A DNA stretch of 64,000 nt, taken from contig DAHVLZ010000011.1 of assembly GCA_027320085.1 (NCBI GenBank), positions 32,001 to 96,000 on the forward strand, given 5' to 3'. Source of the DNA: Pseudomonadota bacterium (GTDB lineage Bacteria; Pseudomonadota; Gammaproteobacteria; JAKAQQ01). Position 1 is the stretch's first letter. The number at the start of each line of letters is the position of its first letter. This document shows positions 48,947 to 59,831 of this stretch, in pieces. The translations under genes were made by a program, and so were the position numbers. Below the pieces are notes generated by a model. It made no database searches, had not been told where the DNA came from, and was given only the letters and a program-made list of their open reading frames with translations.

Positions 48947-49518
48947 GTGGGATTTTCCGCTGCACAGGCCGCAGACAGTGCCTTTTCCGCGCGATGTTTC
49001 GCGGAGCGCCGACCGTAGAGCCGTGCGCAAAAGGAGGTCAACACCGGAATCATGTCCTGCACCAGATCGTCTTTCAACTCGGATTCATCCACGACCAGAA
49101 GTTTTCCGCCACGTCCCGCCCAGGCGGCCTCGACCTATTCCGCGCCAAACCGCATGAGTCGATCACGATGCCCGACAACCATGTTTTCGATGGTGTGATC
49201 ACCCAGCAGCCGTAACAACTTTTTCCGATGCCCGTTCAGGCCGGATCCAATTTCCGATACGGTTTCGCTCACCGGCAGCCCGCACCCATTGGCGAAGACG
49301 ACACACCGCGCCACTTGTCCGTCCAGATGCGGTTTCCGGTCGTGGCTGGAGACGCAAGCCTATACCACGGTCTTCCCTATGGCGGATTTCGGAGCATCCA
49401 CCAAAATGGTTCCGGTTGGAAGTTGTCGTGCGGGAACCGGCAACGTGCCCGCCTTGAACCATTCCCAGGCGGTACGGTACGTGATGCCTTGTGTCTTTGC
49501 CCATTCACTGAGTTTCAT
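48943..49518 (-). pseudogene. tnpA: IS607 transposase TnpA with two in-frame TAG stops
   Basis: MKLSEWAK..GITYRTAWEWF...VV*ACVSS...EIGSGLNGHRKKL...HRDRLMRFGAE*V...DDLVQDM..VLTSFCARLYGRRSA. Confidence 0.88.
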
Positions 49519-49572
49519 ACCTGATATGACAGCATCAAACACTATAAAGTCCCATGTTTGCGTCAATAGTTG

Positions 49573-50208
49573 CTAACCCCGGCTCATGAGGAGCGGGAAG
49601 AGCGCCTGGATCCCCTTCGCAATGAATTCGACGCCGATTGCCGCCATGATGAGGCCCATGATCCGGGTAAACACGTTGATCCCGGTCTTGCCGAGCCAGC
49701 GGGCCAGATAGGGAGCCCCGCGCAGGCACAACCAGGTCACGAGCACGGCGAGCGCGATCACCGCGGCCTCGATCAGGTCGTAGACGAACGACGAATGCTT
49801 CTGCGCATAAAGAATGACCGTGCTGATGGCGCCGGGGCCGGCCAAGAGGGGAATACCCAGGGGCACCACCGCCACGTTCTCACGCAGGGACGAATCCTCG
49901 ATCTCCTCGTCGGTCTGTTTGACGGCACTGGGCTTGGCCTGCAGCATGGCCAGGGCGATCAGGAGGATGAGCAGTCCCCCGGCGATCCGGAATGAGGCGA
50001 TACTGATGCCAAAGAAGGACAAAAGCGCGCTGCCGCTGAAGAAACTGACCCAGAGGACCAGAAGAACGGTGAACGCCGCATTGCGTGCGGTTCTCCGCCT
50101 CTGGTTCTCGATCTGGCTCTGGGTCAGGTTGATGAAGATCGGGATGGCGCCTACGGGATTGAGGAGCGCGATCAGTGCCGTAAAGGACTTGAGATAGACC
50201 TCGAGCAT
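49573..50208 (-). CDS. MarC/YchE family membrane protein
   Basis: NPVGAIP, FRIAGG, VPLGIPLLAGPGAI, RIMGLI. Confidence 0.92.
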   Translation of the reverse strand: MLEVYLKSFTALIALLNPVGAIPIFINLTQSQIENQRRRTARNAAFTVLLVLWVSFFSGSALLSFFGISIASFRIAGGLLILLIALAMLQAKPSAVKQTDEEIEDSSLRENVAVVPLGIPLLAGPGAISTVILYAQKHSSFVYDLIEAAVIALAVLVTWLCLRGAPYLARWLGKTGINVFTRIMGLIMAAIGVEFIAKGIQALFPLLMSRG

Positions 50209-50249
50209 GATCAGCCATCCGCCTGCGTGAACCTGCCATAATAACAGGC

Positions 50250-51014
50250 ATGGACCCCTCCGCGATGCGATACGTTCGTCAGACGGTCCTGCCGGGCTGG
50301 GGAACCCAAGGCCAGATGCAGCTCGCCCGTGCCCGCATCCTCGTGGTCGGGCTCGGCGGACCGGGCTCGATCGCCGCCTTGTATCTCGCAGCGGCCGGGA
50401 TCGGCACGCTCGTGCTCAACGACTTCGATGCCGTGGACGAAACGAATCTCCACCGGCAGTTGCTCTACGGCGAAAAAGACCGGGGCCAACCCAAGGCCCG
50501 GGCCGCACAAGCCCGTCTCCTCGCACAAAACTCAGGCGTCCGGATCGAGGCACTCTCCCACAGTCTCCCCCCCGCCGAACTCGAGGACCAGATCCGCCAG
50601 GCGGACCTCGTTCTCGACACGACCGATCGCTACACCACCCGTTACGACATCAACCGACTCTGCGTGCGGCACGGCCGGAGGCTCGTCGGCGCTTCCTGCC
50701 TGGGCCAGGGCGGGCAACTTCTCGTTTTCGATTTCGAGCAGGTCGGAACCGCCTGCTATGCCTGTCTTTATCCGGAAGATGGGATCGAGGATCCGCTCCG
50801 GTGTGCCACAAACGGAGTCTCGGGTCCCGTGGCCGGGCTGGTCGGCAGTCTCGCGGCCCAAGCCATCCTCGATTTGATTCTCGGCCGGAGCAGTCCCTGG
50901 CCCGGCATGCTCTGGCGGTGGGACGCCGGCTCGGGACGCCTCCAATCCACCCGCATGACCCGGGATCCGGCTTGTCCGGTCTGCCGGATGCCGCCTGACG
51001 GGAATCGACCCTAG
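50250..51014 (+). CDS. moeB: MoeB/ThiF family adenylyltransferase
   Basis: RYVRQ, GLGGPG, NLHRQ, CYAC, C(A)TNG, CPVC. Confidence 0.85.
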   Translation: MDPSAMRYVRQTVLPGWGTQGQMQLARARILVVGLGGPGSIAALYLAAAGIGTLVLNDFDAVDETNLHRQLLYGEKDRGQPKARAAQARLLAQNSGVRIEALSHSLPPAELEDQIRQADLVLDTTDRYTTRYDINRLCVRHGRRLVGASCLGQGGQLLVFDFEQVGTACYACLYPEDGIEDPLRCATNGVSGPVAGLVGSLAAQAILDLILGRSSPWPGMLWRWDAGSGRLQSTRMTRDPACPVCRMPPDGNRP

Positions 51015-52453
51015 CCGGAACGCTCCCGGCGCTTTTGGATCAGGACATTCAAGGTCTGGGGGTTGGCGCGGCCGCGGGTCGCCTGCATGACCTGGCCCAC
51101 GAAAAAACCGAGAAGCTTGTCACGACCCGCGCAATACTCCTTCCACTGCGCGGGATGGGCGGCAATCGTCTCCTCGATCACCCCCTCGAGGGCGGCGGTA
51201 TCGCTCACCTGGCGCAGTCCCCGCGCGTCGATGATCTCGTCCACGGATCCCTCCCCAGCCCAGAGTGCCTCGAAAACGGTCTTGGCCAGTGGACCGGACA
51301 GGGTTCCGTCCGAGATGCGGGCAAGCAGGAGCGCGAGCGGCGCAGCCGGAACCGGAATCTGGTCGACCTCGAGATGGTCGCGGTTGAGCTTGGCCAATAC
51401 TTCGCCCAGGATCCAGTTGGCCAGAAGCTTGGGATCAGGGGCTCCGGCCCGATGGGCGGACTCGTAGTAGTCGGCGAGTTCACGGGACTGGGTCAGCACG
51501 GCGGCATCATAGGAGCCCAGGCCGTATTCGGACTGAAAGCGCTCGCGCTTGGCCGCCGGGAGCTCCGGCAACGCCGCCCGGATCCCTTCGATGAACGACT
51601 CCTCAAGCACCAGCGGCAGGAGGTCGGGGTCGGGGAAATAGCGGTAATCATGCGCCTCCTCCTTGCTCCGCAACGGACGGGTTTCGCGCCGGTCGGGATC
51701 ATACAAGCGGGTCTCCTGGACAACCTCGCCGCCGGCTTCGCGCAGCCGGATCTGCCGGTCGGCCTCATAACGGAGGGCCTGCTCGACAAAGCGGAAGGAG
51801 TTCAGGTTCTTGATCTCGGTGCGGGTGCCGAGGCGGGTCTCGCCCACCGGCCGGACCGAGAGGTTGGCATCACAGCGGAAGGAGCCTTCCTGCAGGTTGC
51901 CGTCGGAAATGCCGAGGTAACGGACCAAGGTATGGAGACCCTTGAGATAGGCGACCGCTTGGGCGGGCGAACGGAGATCCGGTTCGGAGACGATCTCGAG
52001 GAGCGGTGTTCCCGCGCGGTTGAGGTCGATGCCGCTCGCATCCGCAAAGCGGTCATGAACCGATTTGCCGGCATCCTCCTCGAGATGGGCCCGGGTGATA
52101 CCCACCCGCTTCACAATGCCTTCCGGCAGCGGAACCTCGAGCGATCCGCCCTGGACGATCGGCTGGTCATACTGGCTGATCTGATAGCCCTTGGGCAGAT
52201 CCGGATAAAAGTAATTCTTTCGGGCAAAGACCGAACGTCGCGAGACCGTGGCGCCAATGGCCAGCCCGAAACGAACGGCCAGTTCGACCGCACGCCGATT
52301 GAGTACCGGCAGAACGCCGGGATAACCGAGGTCGATGAGTCCTGCCTGCGTATTCGGCGGAGCCCCGTAACGGGTTGCCGTCGTCGAAAAAATCTTGCTT
52401 TCGGTCAAAAGCTGGACATGCACCTCCAGGCCGATCACGGTCTCCCAGCTCAT
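51011..52453 (-). CDS. gatB: Asp/Glu-tRNA amidotransferase subunit B
   Basis: [45 protein letters not shown]. Confidence 0.98.
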   Translation of the reverse strand: MSWETVIGLEVHVQLLTESKIFSTTATRYGAPPNTQAGLIDLGYPGVLPVLNRRAVELAVRFGLAIGATVSRRSVFARKNYFYPDLPKGYQISQYDQPIVQGGSLEVPLPEGIVKRVGITRAHLEEDAGKSVHDRFADASGIDLNRAGTPLLEIVSEPDLRSPAQAVAYLKGLHTLVRYLGISDGNLQEGSFRCDANLSVRPVGETRLGTRTEIKNLNSFRFVEQALRYEADRQIRLREAGGEVVQETRLYDPDRRETRPLRSKEEAHDYRYFPDPDLLPLVLEESFIEGIRAALPELPAAKRERFQSEYGLGSYDAAVLTQSRELADYYESAHRAGAPDPKLLANWILGEVLAKLNRDHLEVDQIPVPAAPLALLLARISDGTLSGPLAKTVFEALWAGEGSVDEIIDARGLRQVSDTAALEGVIEETIAAHPAQWKEYCAGRDKLLGFFVGQVMQATRGRANPQTLNVLIQKRRERSG

Positions 52454-53883
52454 CCCGTCCCCCCTTCGAAACCAGGCGGCTCGGCCCGGTGCCAGTCGGT
52501 CCGTCCCTGGTAATCGGCGGCGGTGGCAAACAGGGTCTCCTCGTCGAAATCGCGCCCGATCAACTGCAAGCCGACCGGCAAACCGTCGACCAGACCCGCC
52601 GGCACGGAGACAGCCGGCAGTCCCGCCAGGTTGACGCCGATCGTGTAGATGTCATTGAGATACATCGTGAGCGGATCGGCGGTCTTCTCGCCGAGCCGGA
52701 ACGCCGGGGTCGGGGTCGTCGGTCCGGCCAGGAGATCGACCGACTCGAACGCCTTGAGGAAGTCGTCGCGGATCAGGCGTCGGACCCGCTGTGCCTTGAG
52801 GAAATAGGCATCGTAGTAGCCATGCGACAGCACATAGGTTCCGATCAAAATACGGCGCTGCACCTCCGCCCCGAAGCCTTCACTGCGCGAGCGGCAATAG
52901 AGATCGGCCAAATCCCTGGGTTCTCGGGCCCGGTGACCGTATCGGACGCCGTCATAGCGGGCCAGATTCGAGGAGCATTCGGCGGGTGCGAGCACATAGT
53001 AGACCGGCACGGAGAGTGACAGGTGCGGGAGGGTGACATCGATGAGCCGCGCACCCGCTGCCTCGAGGACGGACAGAGCCTCCCGGACCCTGGCGGCCAC
53101 AGCCGGCCACAGTCCGTCGTCGAAAAAGTTCTGGACAACGCCGATCCGGAGCCCGCGGACACCGCGGGTCAGCGCGGCGACATAGTCCGGCACCGGCCGA
53201 TCGACACTGGTCGAGTCCCGGGGATCGTGGCCGGCCATCTCCCGGAGCACCCAGGCGGCGTCCTCGGCCGAACGGGCCAAAACCCCGGCCTGGTCCAGGC
53301 TCGAGGCAAAGGCGATCATGCCGAACCGGGAGACCCGCCCATAGCTGGGCTTGAAACCGGTAATTCCACACAGGGCGGCCGGCTGGCGGATGGATCCTCC
53401 GGTATCGGTTCCCGTCGCCACCGGCACCAATCCGGCGGCCACTGCGGCAGCGGATCCGCCCGAGGAACCGCCCGGCACCCGTTCGGGATCCCAGGGATTC
53501 CGCACCGGGCCGAAGGCGCTCGTCTCGTTCGACGAGCCCATGGCAAACTCATCCATGTTGGTCTTCCCGATCACGGTGCAACCCGCCTGATCCAGCCGCT
53601 CCACGACGCCGGCATCGTAGGGGGGGATGAACTCGGCGAGCATGCGCGAGCCGCACGTGGTCGGGATACCACGGGTCACGAAGAGGTCCTTGTGGGCGAT
53701 GGGCAGTCCGGCAAGGCGGCGGACATCCGCCGCCGCGGGAGGCGCTTTTCGGTCCACCGGGGTGATGAAGGCATTGAGCCGGGGATTGAAGATGCGGATG
53801 CGTTCCCGGTAGTATTCGACCGCCAAGCGGGCCTCGCGGCCAGATGCCGCGACGAGTTCGGGAACTCGGGAACGGGGCTTCAT
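52450..53883 (-). CDS. gatA: Asp/Glu-tRNA amidotransferase subunit A
   Basis: [42 protein letters not shown]. Confidence 0.97.
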   Translation of the reverse strand: MKPRSRVPELVAASGREARLAVEYYRERIRIFNPRLNAFITPVDRKAPPAAADVRRLAGLPIAHKDLFVTRGIPTTCGSRMLAEFIPPYDAGVVERLDQAGCTVIGKTNMDEFAMGSSNETSAFGPVRNPWDPERVPGGSSGGSAAAVAAGLVPVATGTDTGGSIRQPAALCGITGFKPSYGRVSRFGMIAFASSLDQAGVLARSAEDAAWVLREMAGHDPRDSTSVDRPVPDYVAALTRGVRGLRIGVVQNFFDDGLWPAVAARVREALSVLEAAGARLIDVTLPHLSLSVPVYYVLAPAECSSNLARYDGVRYGHRAREPRDLADLYCRSRSEGFGAEVQRRILIGTYVLSHGYYDAYFLKAQRVRRLIRDDFLKAFESVDLLAGPTTPTPAFRLGEKTADPLTMYLNDIYTIGVNLAGLPAVSVPAGLVDGLPVGLQLIGRDFDEETLFATAADYQGRTDWHRAEPPGFEGGTG

Positions 53884-53896
53884 GGGCGTGAGAGAC

Positions 53897-54181
53897 TCAC
53901 TCGATCACCCGCGGCACCCGGTAGTAGCCATCCTCCACATCGGGTGCGGATTTCTGGATCACCTCGCGGTCCACCGGCTCACGAACCTCATCATCGCGGA
54001 GGGGCTGGACGAGATCCAGGGGATGCACGAGCGGCTCGATCGCCCCGGTCGAGGTGGCCTCGAGTTGACGGACGAAGCCGAGAATCCGGTCCAGTTCCCG
54101 GACCAGCCGGTCCTCGTCCTCGGAACGCGCCTCGAGACGCGCCAGGACTGACAGTCGTTTGACTTCCTCGGCAGAGAGCAT
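53897..54181 (-). CDS. gatC: Asp/Glu-tRNA amidotransferase subunit C
   Basis: LARL...ILGFVRQL...PLRDDEV...VPRVIE. Confidence 0.92.
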   Translation of the reverse strand: MLSAEEVKRLSVLARLEARSEDEDRLVRELDRILGFVRQLEATSTGAIEPLVHPLDLVQPLRDDEVREPVDREVIQKSAPDVEDGYYRVPRVIE

Positions 54182-54280
54182 GGAAACCCGGGGAGAAAAC
54201 CCGGACGGCATTTTAGCAACTCTTGCGTCCCTGCGGTACGGTTGCTAGAGTATCGCATACTCTCCGGCGAACAAAATCCC

Positions 54281-55333
54281 ATGTTTTCCCGCCTGACGCG
54301 CTACTTTTCCACCGATCTCTCCATCGATCTCGGCACGGCCAACACGCTGATCTACGTGCGCGGTCAGGGCATCATCCTGAATGAGCCGTCCGTGGTCGCC
54401 GTCCGCGAGGAATCCGATCACGGCAACCGCAAGATCGAGGCCTACGGAGCCGAGGCCAAGATGATGCTCGGCCGCACGCCCGGTCACATCTCGGCCATCC
54501 GGCCGCTCAAGAATGGCGTGATCTCCGACTTCACCCTGACCGAACAGATGCTCAAGCACTTCATCCGCAAGGCACAAAGCCAGCAATGGCTGCCCCTGAG
54601 CCCCCGGGTCGTGGTCTGCGTGCCGTTCGGATCGAACCCGGTGGAACGGCGGGCGATCCTGGACTCCGCCCATGGGGCCGGCGCCCGCCAGGTCTACCTG
54701 CTCGAGGAACCGGTGGCCGCCGCGCTCGGCGCCGGCCTGGCCATCCATGAGGCCAAGGGTGCCATGGTGCTCGATATCGGCGGCGGGACCTCCGAGGCCG
54801 CGGTCATTTCGCTCAACGGGATCGTCTACGCCCAATCGGTGAGGCTCGGCGGCGATCGTTTCGACGAAGCCATCCAGCAGTACATCCGCCGCAACTACAA
54901 CCTCCTGATCGGGGAATCCACTGCCGAACGGATCAAGATCGAGATCGGCTGCGCGTTTCCGACCCAACAGGTTCGCGACTTCGAGGTGCGCGGCCGGAGC
55001 CTGTCCGAGGGAGTGCCGCGCAGCCTCACCATCAACAGCAACGAGGTCCTGGAAGCGCTCCAGGAGCCCCTGAGCGGCATCATCGACGCCATCCGCCAGA
55101 CTCTGGAGCAGACCCCGCCCGAACTCGCCGCCGACATCTCCGAACGCGGGATCGTCCTGAGCGGAGGCGGCGCCCTGCTCCGCGACATGGACAAACTCAT
55201 CACCGAGGAAACGGGGATTCCCGTGATCGTGGCCGAGGATCCCATGACCTGCGTCGCCCGGGGCGGCGGCCGCGTCCTCGAGATGCTGGAGACGTCCGGA
55301 CGGATTCCGATTCCGCTGTCCCAAGTCCGCTGA
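54281..55333 (+). CDS. mreB: Rod shape-determining protein MreB
   Basis: [37 protein letters not shown]. Confidence 0.97.
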   Translation: MFSRLTRYFSTDLSIDLGTANTLIYVRGQGIILNEPSVVAVREESDHGNRKIEAYGAEAKMMLGRTPGHISAIRPLKNGVISDFTLTEQMLKHFIRKAQSQQWLPLSPRVVVCVPFGSNPVERRAILDSAHGAGARQVYLLEEPVAAALGAGLAIHEAKGAMVLDIGGGTSEAAVISLNGIVYAQSVRLGGDRFDEAIQQYIRRNYNLLIGESTAERIKIEIGCAFPTQQVRDFEVRGRSLSEGVPRSLTINSNEVLEALQEPLSGIIDAIRQTLEQTPPELAADISERGIVLSGGGALLRDMDKLITEETGIPVIVAEDPMTCVARGGGRVLEMLETSGRIPIPLSQVR

Positions 55334-55336
55334 GCC

Positions 55337-56224
55337 ATGCGGTTCTGGCCGTCACGCAACCGGTCTCCCGTCAGCCTCTTTCACCGCCAATCCTTTCTGG
55401 CTCTGCGTCTCGCCTGCGCCCTGACCGCCTCGGTCACCCTCCTCGTTTGGTCCCATGGGCAACCGGCGGGCAGCCCGCTTTCCGTTTTCGCCACCCGACT
55501 CGGGATCCTGATCGAGCAACCCGTCGCCACGACGGTCTCGGCGATTGCCTCGATCGGGCCGACCTTTACCCGCCAAGGGGTTTTGGAGCAGCGGATCCAG
55601 ACCCTGGAACACCGACTGCTCAAGCTGCGAGCCCGCCTGACCCGTGACCATTCCCTGGCCTTCGAGAACGCGCGCCTGAAGGCCCTTTTGGGCCGGGCGC
55701 GTACCCTGAAACAGGCCTATCGGGTCGTGCATGTGCTCCGTGTCGACCTCAACCCCTACCGTCAGGAACTCCTCGTCGGAGCCGGACCGGGCCTGCGCTT
55801 GAGGCCGGGCGAGGCTGTGGTCGATGCCCACGGACTGGTCGGCCAGATCGTGGCCACAACGGCCCACACGGCACGGGTCCTGCTCATCACCGACCCCGGA
55901 CAGATGGTCCCGGTCGAGGTCGCAGCGACCGGCCTTTTGACCTTCACTGTCGGCACCGGCTCACCCGCGCGACTGAGGCTGCCCTTCATTTCGAACCAGC
56001 CGACCGGCATTCGTCCCGGTCAACTGCTCATCTCCTCCGGGCTGGGTGGACATTACCCGCACGGATTCCCGGTGGCGGTGGTCACCCGCGTCAACCCCCG
56101 ACCGGATCGTTCCTTTGCCTACGTCACGGCACGTCCACTGGCGGCCCTGTCCGAGGACCGCGAACTTCTGGTCCTGACCGCCCCCGTCGGGCACCCGCCC
56201 CCCGGCCGCAGACCCATCCGGTGA
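55337..56224 (+). CDS. mreC: Rod shape-determining protein MreC
   Basis: TM, coiled coil ENARLKALL, GLVGQI, SSGLGGHYPHGFPVA; synteny. Confidence 0.9.
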   Translation: MRFWPSRNRSPVSLFHRQSFLALRLACALTASVTLLVWSHGQPAGSPLSVFATRLGILIEQPVATTVSAIASIGPTFTRQGVLEQRIQTLEHRLLKLRARLTRDHSLAFENARLKALLGRARTLKQAYRVVHVLRVDLNPYRQELLVGAGPGLRLRPGEAVVDAHGLVGQIVATTAHTARVLLITDPGQMVPVEVAATGLLTFTVGTGSPARLRLPFISNQPTGIRPGQLLISSGLGGHYPHGFPVAVVTRVNPRPDRSFAYVTARPLAALSEDRELLVLTAPVGHPPPGRRPIR

Positions 56225-56703
56225 CGGGCCTGCGCTCCTATGCCCTCATTGCAGCCACGCTGCTTGGGGCCCTCCTCGTCTCCGTCCTGCCCTACCCTCA
56301 CGCCTATCTTCTGGGCCGGCCACTCTGGCTGCCCCTCGTCACCGGCTACTGGTGCCTGGCCGCTCCTCGCCGGATGGGCATTTTCACCGCCTGGACGGCC
56401 GGCCTTCTGGCCGATGCCGCGCTGGCCAGTCCCTTTGGGGAACATGCGCTCGCTTTGTCGGTCTTTGCCTACATGATGTCCCGCTATCACCTGAGGATCC
56501 GCAACCTCCCGATGGGGCTCCAGATGCTGTTCGTCGGCCTCAATCTCCTCCTCTACGAGTTTTTGATCTTCTGGATCAACGGGCTTACTTCCAAAACGGG
56601 ACCGATCCTGCCCTACGGGCTGCCGGTTCTCGTGAGCACAGCCCTCTGGCCCCTGGTCTTCTTCCCCCTGCGCAGGCTGCGCCGCCGGTACCGGATACAC
56701 TGA
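56221..56703 (+). CDS. mreD: Rod shape-determining protein MreD
   Basis: Hydrophobic; YW....P...G, GEHAL, LWP; synteny. Confidence 0.88.
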   Translation: MTGLRSYALIAATLLGALLVSVLPYPHAYLLGRPLWLPLVTGYWCLAAPRRMGIFTAWTAGLLADAALASPFGEHALALSVFAYMMSRYHLRIRNLPMGLQMLFVGLNLLLYEFLIFWINGLTSKTGPILPYGLPVLVSTALWPLVFFPLRRLRRRYRIH

Positions 56704-56707
56704 GCAG

Positions 56708-58618
56708 ATGAACGCGGACGCACCCGTCCCGAATCCCTCGCGGGAATATCACCTGTTCCGCCGCCGGCTGATCCTGGCTCTCGTCATCGGCAGCCTCCTG
56801 GTGATCACGGTCGTGGCCCGGCTGGTTACGCTCCAACTGATCGACCACCGGCATTTCGACGCCCTGGCCCGCGGCAACCGCATCCGCACACTGCCCATCG
56901 ATCCCCCGCGTGGACTCATCATGGACCGCCACGGCATCACCCTCGCGGAAAACATCCCGAGTTACGAACTCGTGATCAACCGGGACGAGGTCCTGAACCT
57001 CAACCAGACGATCCGGCGGATCCGCGCCATCGTGCCACTCCGACCGGAGGATCTCCGACTGTTCTGGCAGCTGGTCCGGGTGGAACCCCCCTATGAACCG
57101 GTTCCGATCCGCCGCGACATGAGTGCCCGTCTCGCCGCCCGTCTCGCCGTGAACCTGTCGCGCCTGCCCGGAGTCAGCATCGAGGCCCATCTCAAGCGCT
57201 TCTATCCGCTGGGACCGATCGGCGCACACCTTTTGGGCTACGTCGGCCCCATCCATTCGCGTGAACTGCGAAGGAATCCGGGCAAGCTCTACAATGCGGA
57301 TTCAGACGTGGGCCAGGAGGGGCTCGAACTCAGCTTCGAGAATCTGCTCTACGGCATCCCCGGGGAGAGGACCGTCGAGATCAACGTGGCCGGCGGCCTG
57401 GTCCGCAAGCTGCGGACGGTTCCGCCGGTTCCCGGCGACTCCCTGATCTTGACGATCGACGCCCGCCTCCAGGCCATCGCCCATGCGGCGCTCGGCCGGA
57501 ACGCCGGTGCGGTCGTGGCCCTCGACCCCCGGACCGGCGGTATTCTCGCCATGGCCAGCACCCCGAGCTATAACCCCAATCTCTTCGTGAACGGGATCAG
57601 CAATGCCGCCTACCGGCGTCTCGCCGACAACCCCCTCCGCCCCCTGTTCAATCGCGTACTCCAGGGAGAATACGCCCCGGCCTCCACCATCAAGCCATTC
57701 ATCAGCCTGGCCGTCCTGAACGACCGGGTGATCACCCCGGACACCACCATTTACTGCCCGGGCACCTTCGTCCTGCCGGGCACCACCCATGTCTACCACG
57801 ACTGGCAGCCCTGGGGGCATGGGGTCACCAACTTGCGCAAGGCCATCACCCAGTCGGTCGATGTCTTTTTCTATCACATGGCGGTCGACCTGGGCATTCA
57901 CCGGCTCGATACCTTCGTCCGCCAGTTCGGTTTCGGCCAGCGGCCGCCGATCGACCTCATCGGGGCACGGGCCGGTGTCTTGCCCTCGCCGGCCTGGAAG
58001 CTCGCCCATACGGACAAGCCCTGGTACGAGGGGAATACCGTCATCTCGGGGATCGGCGAAGGTTTCTGGCTCGTGACCCCCCTGCAGATGGCCGTGGCGC
58101 TGGGGACGCTTGCCGCTCACGGCCAGCGCTTCCGTCCCCGGGTCGTCCACGCCATCCTCGATCCCATGAACCACCGCATCGCCCAGATGGTCCCGGAAGC
58201 CGAGCGGCCGATCCGCCTCAATCGTCCCGGACTCTGGCACATCGTGATCCGAGACATGGAAAGCGTGATCAAGAATCCCACGGGCACCGCGCACGGCATC
58301 GACGCCGGTCTCCGCTATCCGCTCGCGGCAAAGACCGGCACGGCCCAGGTCAGCAACCTGGACCGCAACGATTTCGGGGACTACCACCTTTTGCCCAAGA
58401 ACGAGCGGGACAACGCGGTCTTCGTCGCCTTCGGCCCGGTTCCCCATCCCCAAATCGCAGTGGCTGTCTTTGTTGAACATGGCGTGGCCGGAGCGCTGAC
58501 CGGTGCACCGATCGCCCGCCGCCTCATCGACGCCTTCCTCGAATCCCGTGGCCTGCCACCCGAGCGTCACCCCTACGCCTCGCTCACGAATCACGATCCT
58601 CCCGCCCCCCGGCACTGA
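56708..58618 (+). CDS. mrdA: Penicillin-binding protein 2
   Basis: PPRGLIMDR, RFYP, STIK (SxxK), SVD, KTGTAQ. Confidence 0.94.
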   Translation: MNADAPVPNPSREYHLFRRRLILALVIGSLLVITVVARLVTLQLIDHRHFDALARGNRIRTLPIDPPRGLIMDRHGITLAENIPSYELVINRDEVLNLNQTIRRIRAIVPLRPEDLRLFWQLVRVEPPYEPVPIRRDMSARLAARLAVNLSRLPGVSIEAHLKRFYPLGPIGAHLLGYVGPIHSRELRRNPGKLYNADSDVGQEGLELSFENLLYGIPGERTVEINVAGGLVRKLRTVPPVPGDSLILTIDARLQAIAHAALGRNAGAVVALDPRTGGILAMASTPSYNPNLFVNGISNAAYRRLADNPLRPLFNRVLQGEYAPASTIKPFISLAVLNDRVITPDTTIYCPGTFVLPGTTHVYHDWQPWGHGVTNLRKAITQSVDVFFYHMAVDLGIHRLDTFVRQFGFGQRPPIDLIGARAGVLPSPAWKLAHTDKPWYEGNTVISGIGEGFWLVTPLQMAVALGTLAAHGQRFRPRVVHAILDPMNHRIAQMVPEAERPIRLNRPGLWHIVIRDMESVIKNPTGTAHGIDAGLRYPLAAKTGTAQVSNLDRNDFGDYHLLPKNERDNAVFVAFGPVPHPQIAVAVFVEHGVAGALTGAPIARRLIDAFLESRGLPPERHPYASLTNHDPPAPRH

Positions 58619-58675
58619 TCTTCCTCAATCGTTCCGGCTGTGGCACACTGATAGCCTATCCAGCGTGCATCCAGA

Positions 58676-59830
58676 GTGGCCAGCCGTATCGCCCTTCCGC
58701 TCCCCGACTCGAGCACCCGCGCCCGGGACTCCGAGAATCTCGGTCCCGGCTGGACCGCCTACCTGCACCTCGATGGCACCCTCCTCGTCGAACTGGCCCT
58801 CCTGGCCCTCTTCGGACTGGTCTCCCTCTATGGCGCCGGGCACGGCCACTTCACACTGGCCGAAAAGCAGCTGATCCGGGTGCTTTTGGGCTTCGCGATC
58901 CTCCTCGCCGTGGCCCAGGTCCCACCGGTCTACTACCGGCTGGCCGCCCCCTGGTTCTACACGGGCGCGCTCCTGCTTCTCGGCGCCGTCCTGATCTTCG
59001 GACACACGCGTCTCGGGGCCCAACGCTGGCTCAACCTCGGCTTCGTGAGGATCGAGCCCACCGAACTCATGATCCTCGCGCTTCCCCTCATGCTGACCCG
59101 CTACCTCGCCTCCACCCCTCCCCCTCCGGACTGGAAACATATCGGGGTGAGCCTGGTTCTGATCGGTCTCCCCCTGGCGCTCATCCTGAAGCAGCCCGAC
59201 CTGGGTTCCGCCCTTCTCATCGGGCTGATCGGTGTGTTCTGCCTCTTCCTGTCCGGAATCCGCTGGCGCTACCTCGTCGTCGGCCTGCTCCTGATCGCCG
59301 CCCTGGCTCCGGTCGCCTGGCACTTCATGCACCAGTACCAGCAGGAGAGAATCCTCATCTTCCTGAATCCGGAACGCGATCCTTTGGGCGCCGGCTATCA
59401 CATCATCCAGTCCCAGATCGCCCTGGGTTCGGGTGGCCTCTTCGGACGGGGATTGCTCCACGGCAGCCAGACCCGGCTCGACTTCCTGCCGGAAAGCACG
59501 ACCGACTTCATCTTCGCCGTCATCGGGGAGCAGTTCGGACTGCTCGGCGCCCTGGCGCTCATCCTCCTGTTTCTCCTCCTGGTCCAGAGGACCCTGTGGC
59601 TGGCCTTTCGGATGGATGCCCGCTTCGGGCGGCTTTGGACCACGACTTTGGCCTTCATCATCTTTCTCTATCTCATCGTGAACGTGGGCATGGTCTCCGG
59701 ACTTTTGCCGGTGGTGGGCGAACCCCTGCCCTTCGTGAGTTTCGGGGGCTCCGCCATCGTGACGCTCATGGCCGGGTTCGGCAGCATCATGAACCTCGCG
59801 CGCGAACCCCGCCTCTCATCCACCCGCTGA
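58676..59830 (+). CDS. rodA: Rod shape-determining protein RodA
   Basis: GAQRWL, QPDLG, GYHIIQSQIALGSGG, TDFIF, LPFVSFGGS. Confidence 0.95.
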   Translation: MASRIALPLPDSSTRARDSENLGPGWTAYLHLDGTLLVELALLALFGLVSLYGAGHGHFTLAEKQLIRVLLGFAILLAVAQVPPVYYRLAAPWFYTGALLLLGAVLIFGHTRLGAQRWLNLGFVRIEPTELMILALPLMLTRYLASTPPPPDWKHIGVSLVLIGLPLALILKQPDLGSALLIGLIGVFCLFLSGIRWRYLVVGLLLIAALAPVAWHFMHQYQQERILIFLNPERDPLGAGYHIIQSQIALGSGGLFGRGLLHGSQTRLDFLPESTTDFIFAVIGEQFGLLGALALILLFLLLVQRTLWLAFRMDARFGRLWTTTLAFIIFLYLIVNVGMVSGLLPVVGEPLPFVSFGGSAIVTLMAGFGSIMNLAREPRLSSTR

Positions 59831-59831
59831 C

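Larger units (their letters stand above)
48140..49572 (-). mobile_element. Degenerate IS607-family element, right end missing
   Basis: Serine-recombinase tnpA coupled by ATGA to a truncated tnpB; boundaries approximate. Confidence 0.82.

Noticed and set aside
47975-49030. 351-aa ORF as an intact Cas12/TnpB nuclease
   Set aside because: No RuvC motifs, the tail is antisense prmC, and there is no array nearby.
49135-49362. Genome-wide TAG recoding
   Set aside because: Conserved genes in this window (thiS, gatB, dacA) end at TAG in the expected position.
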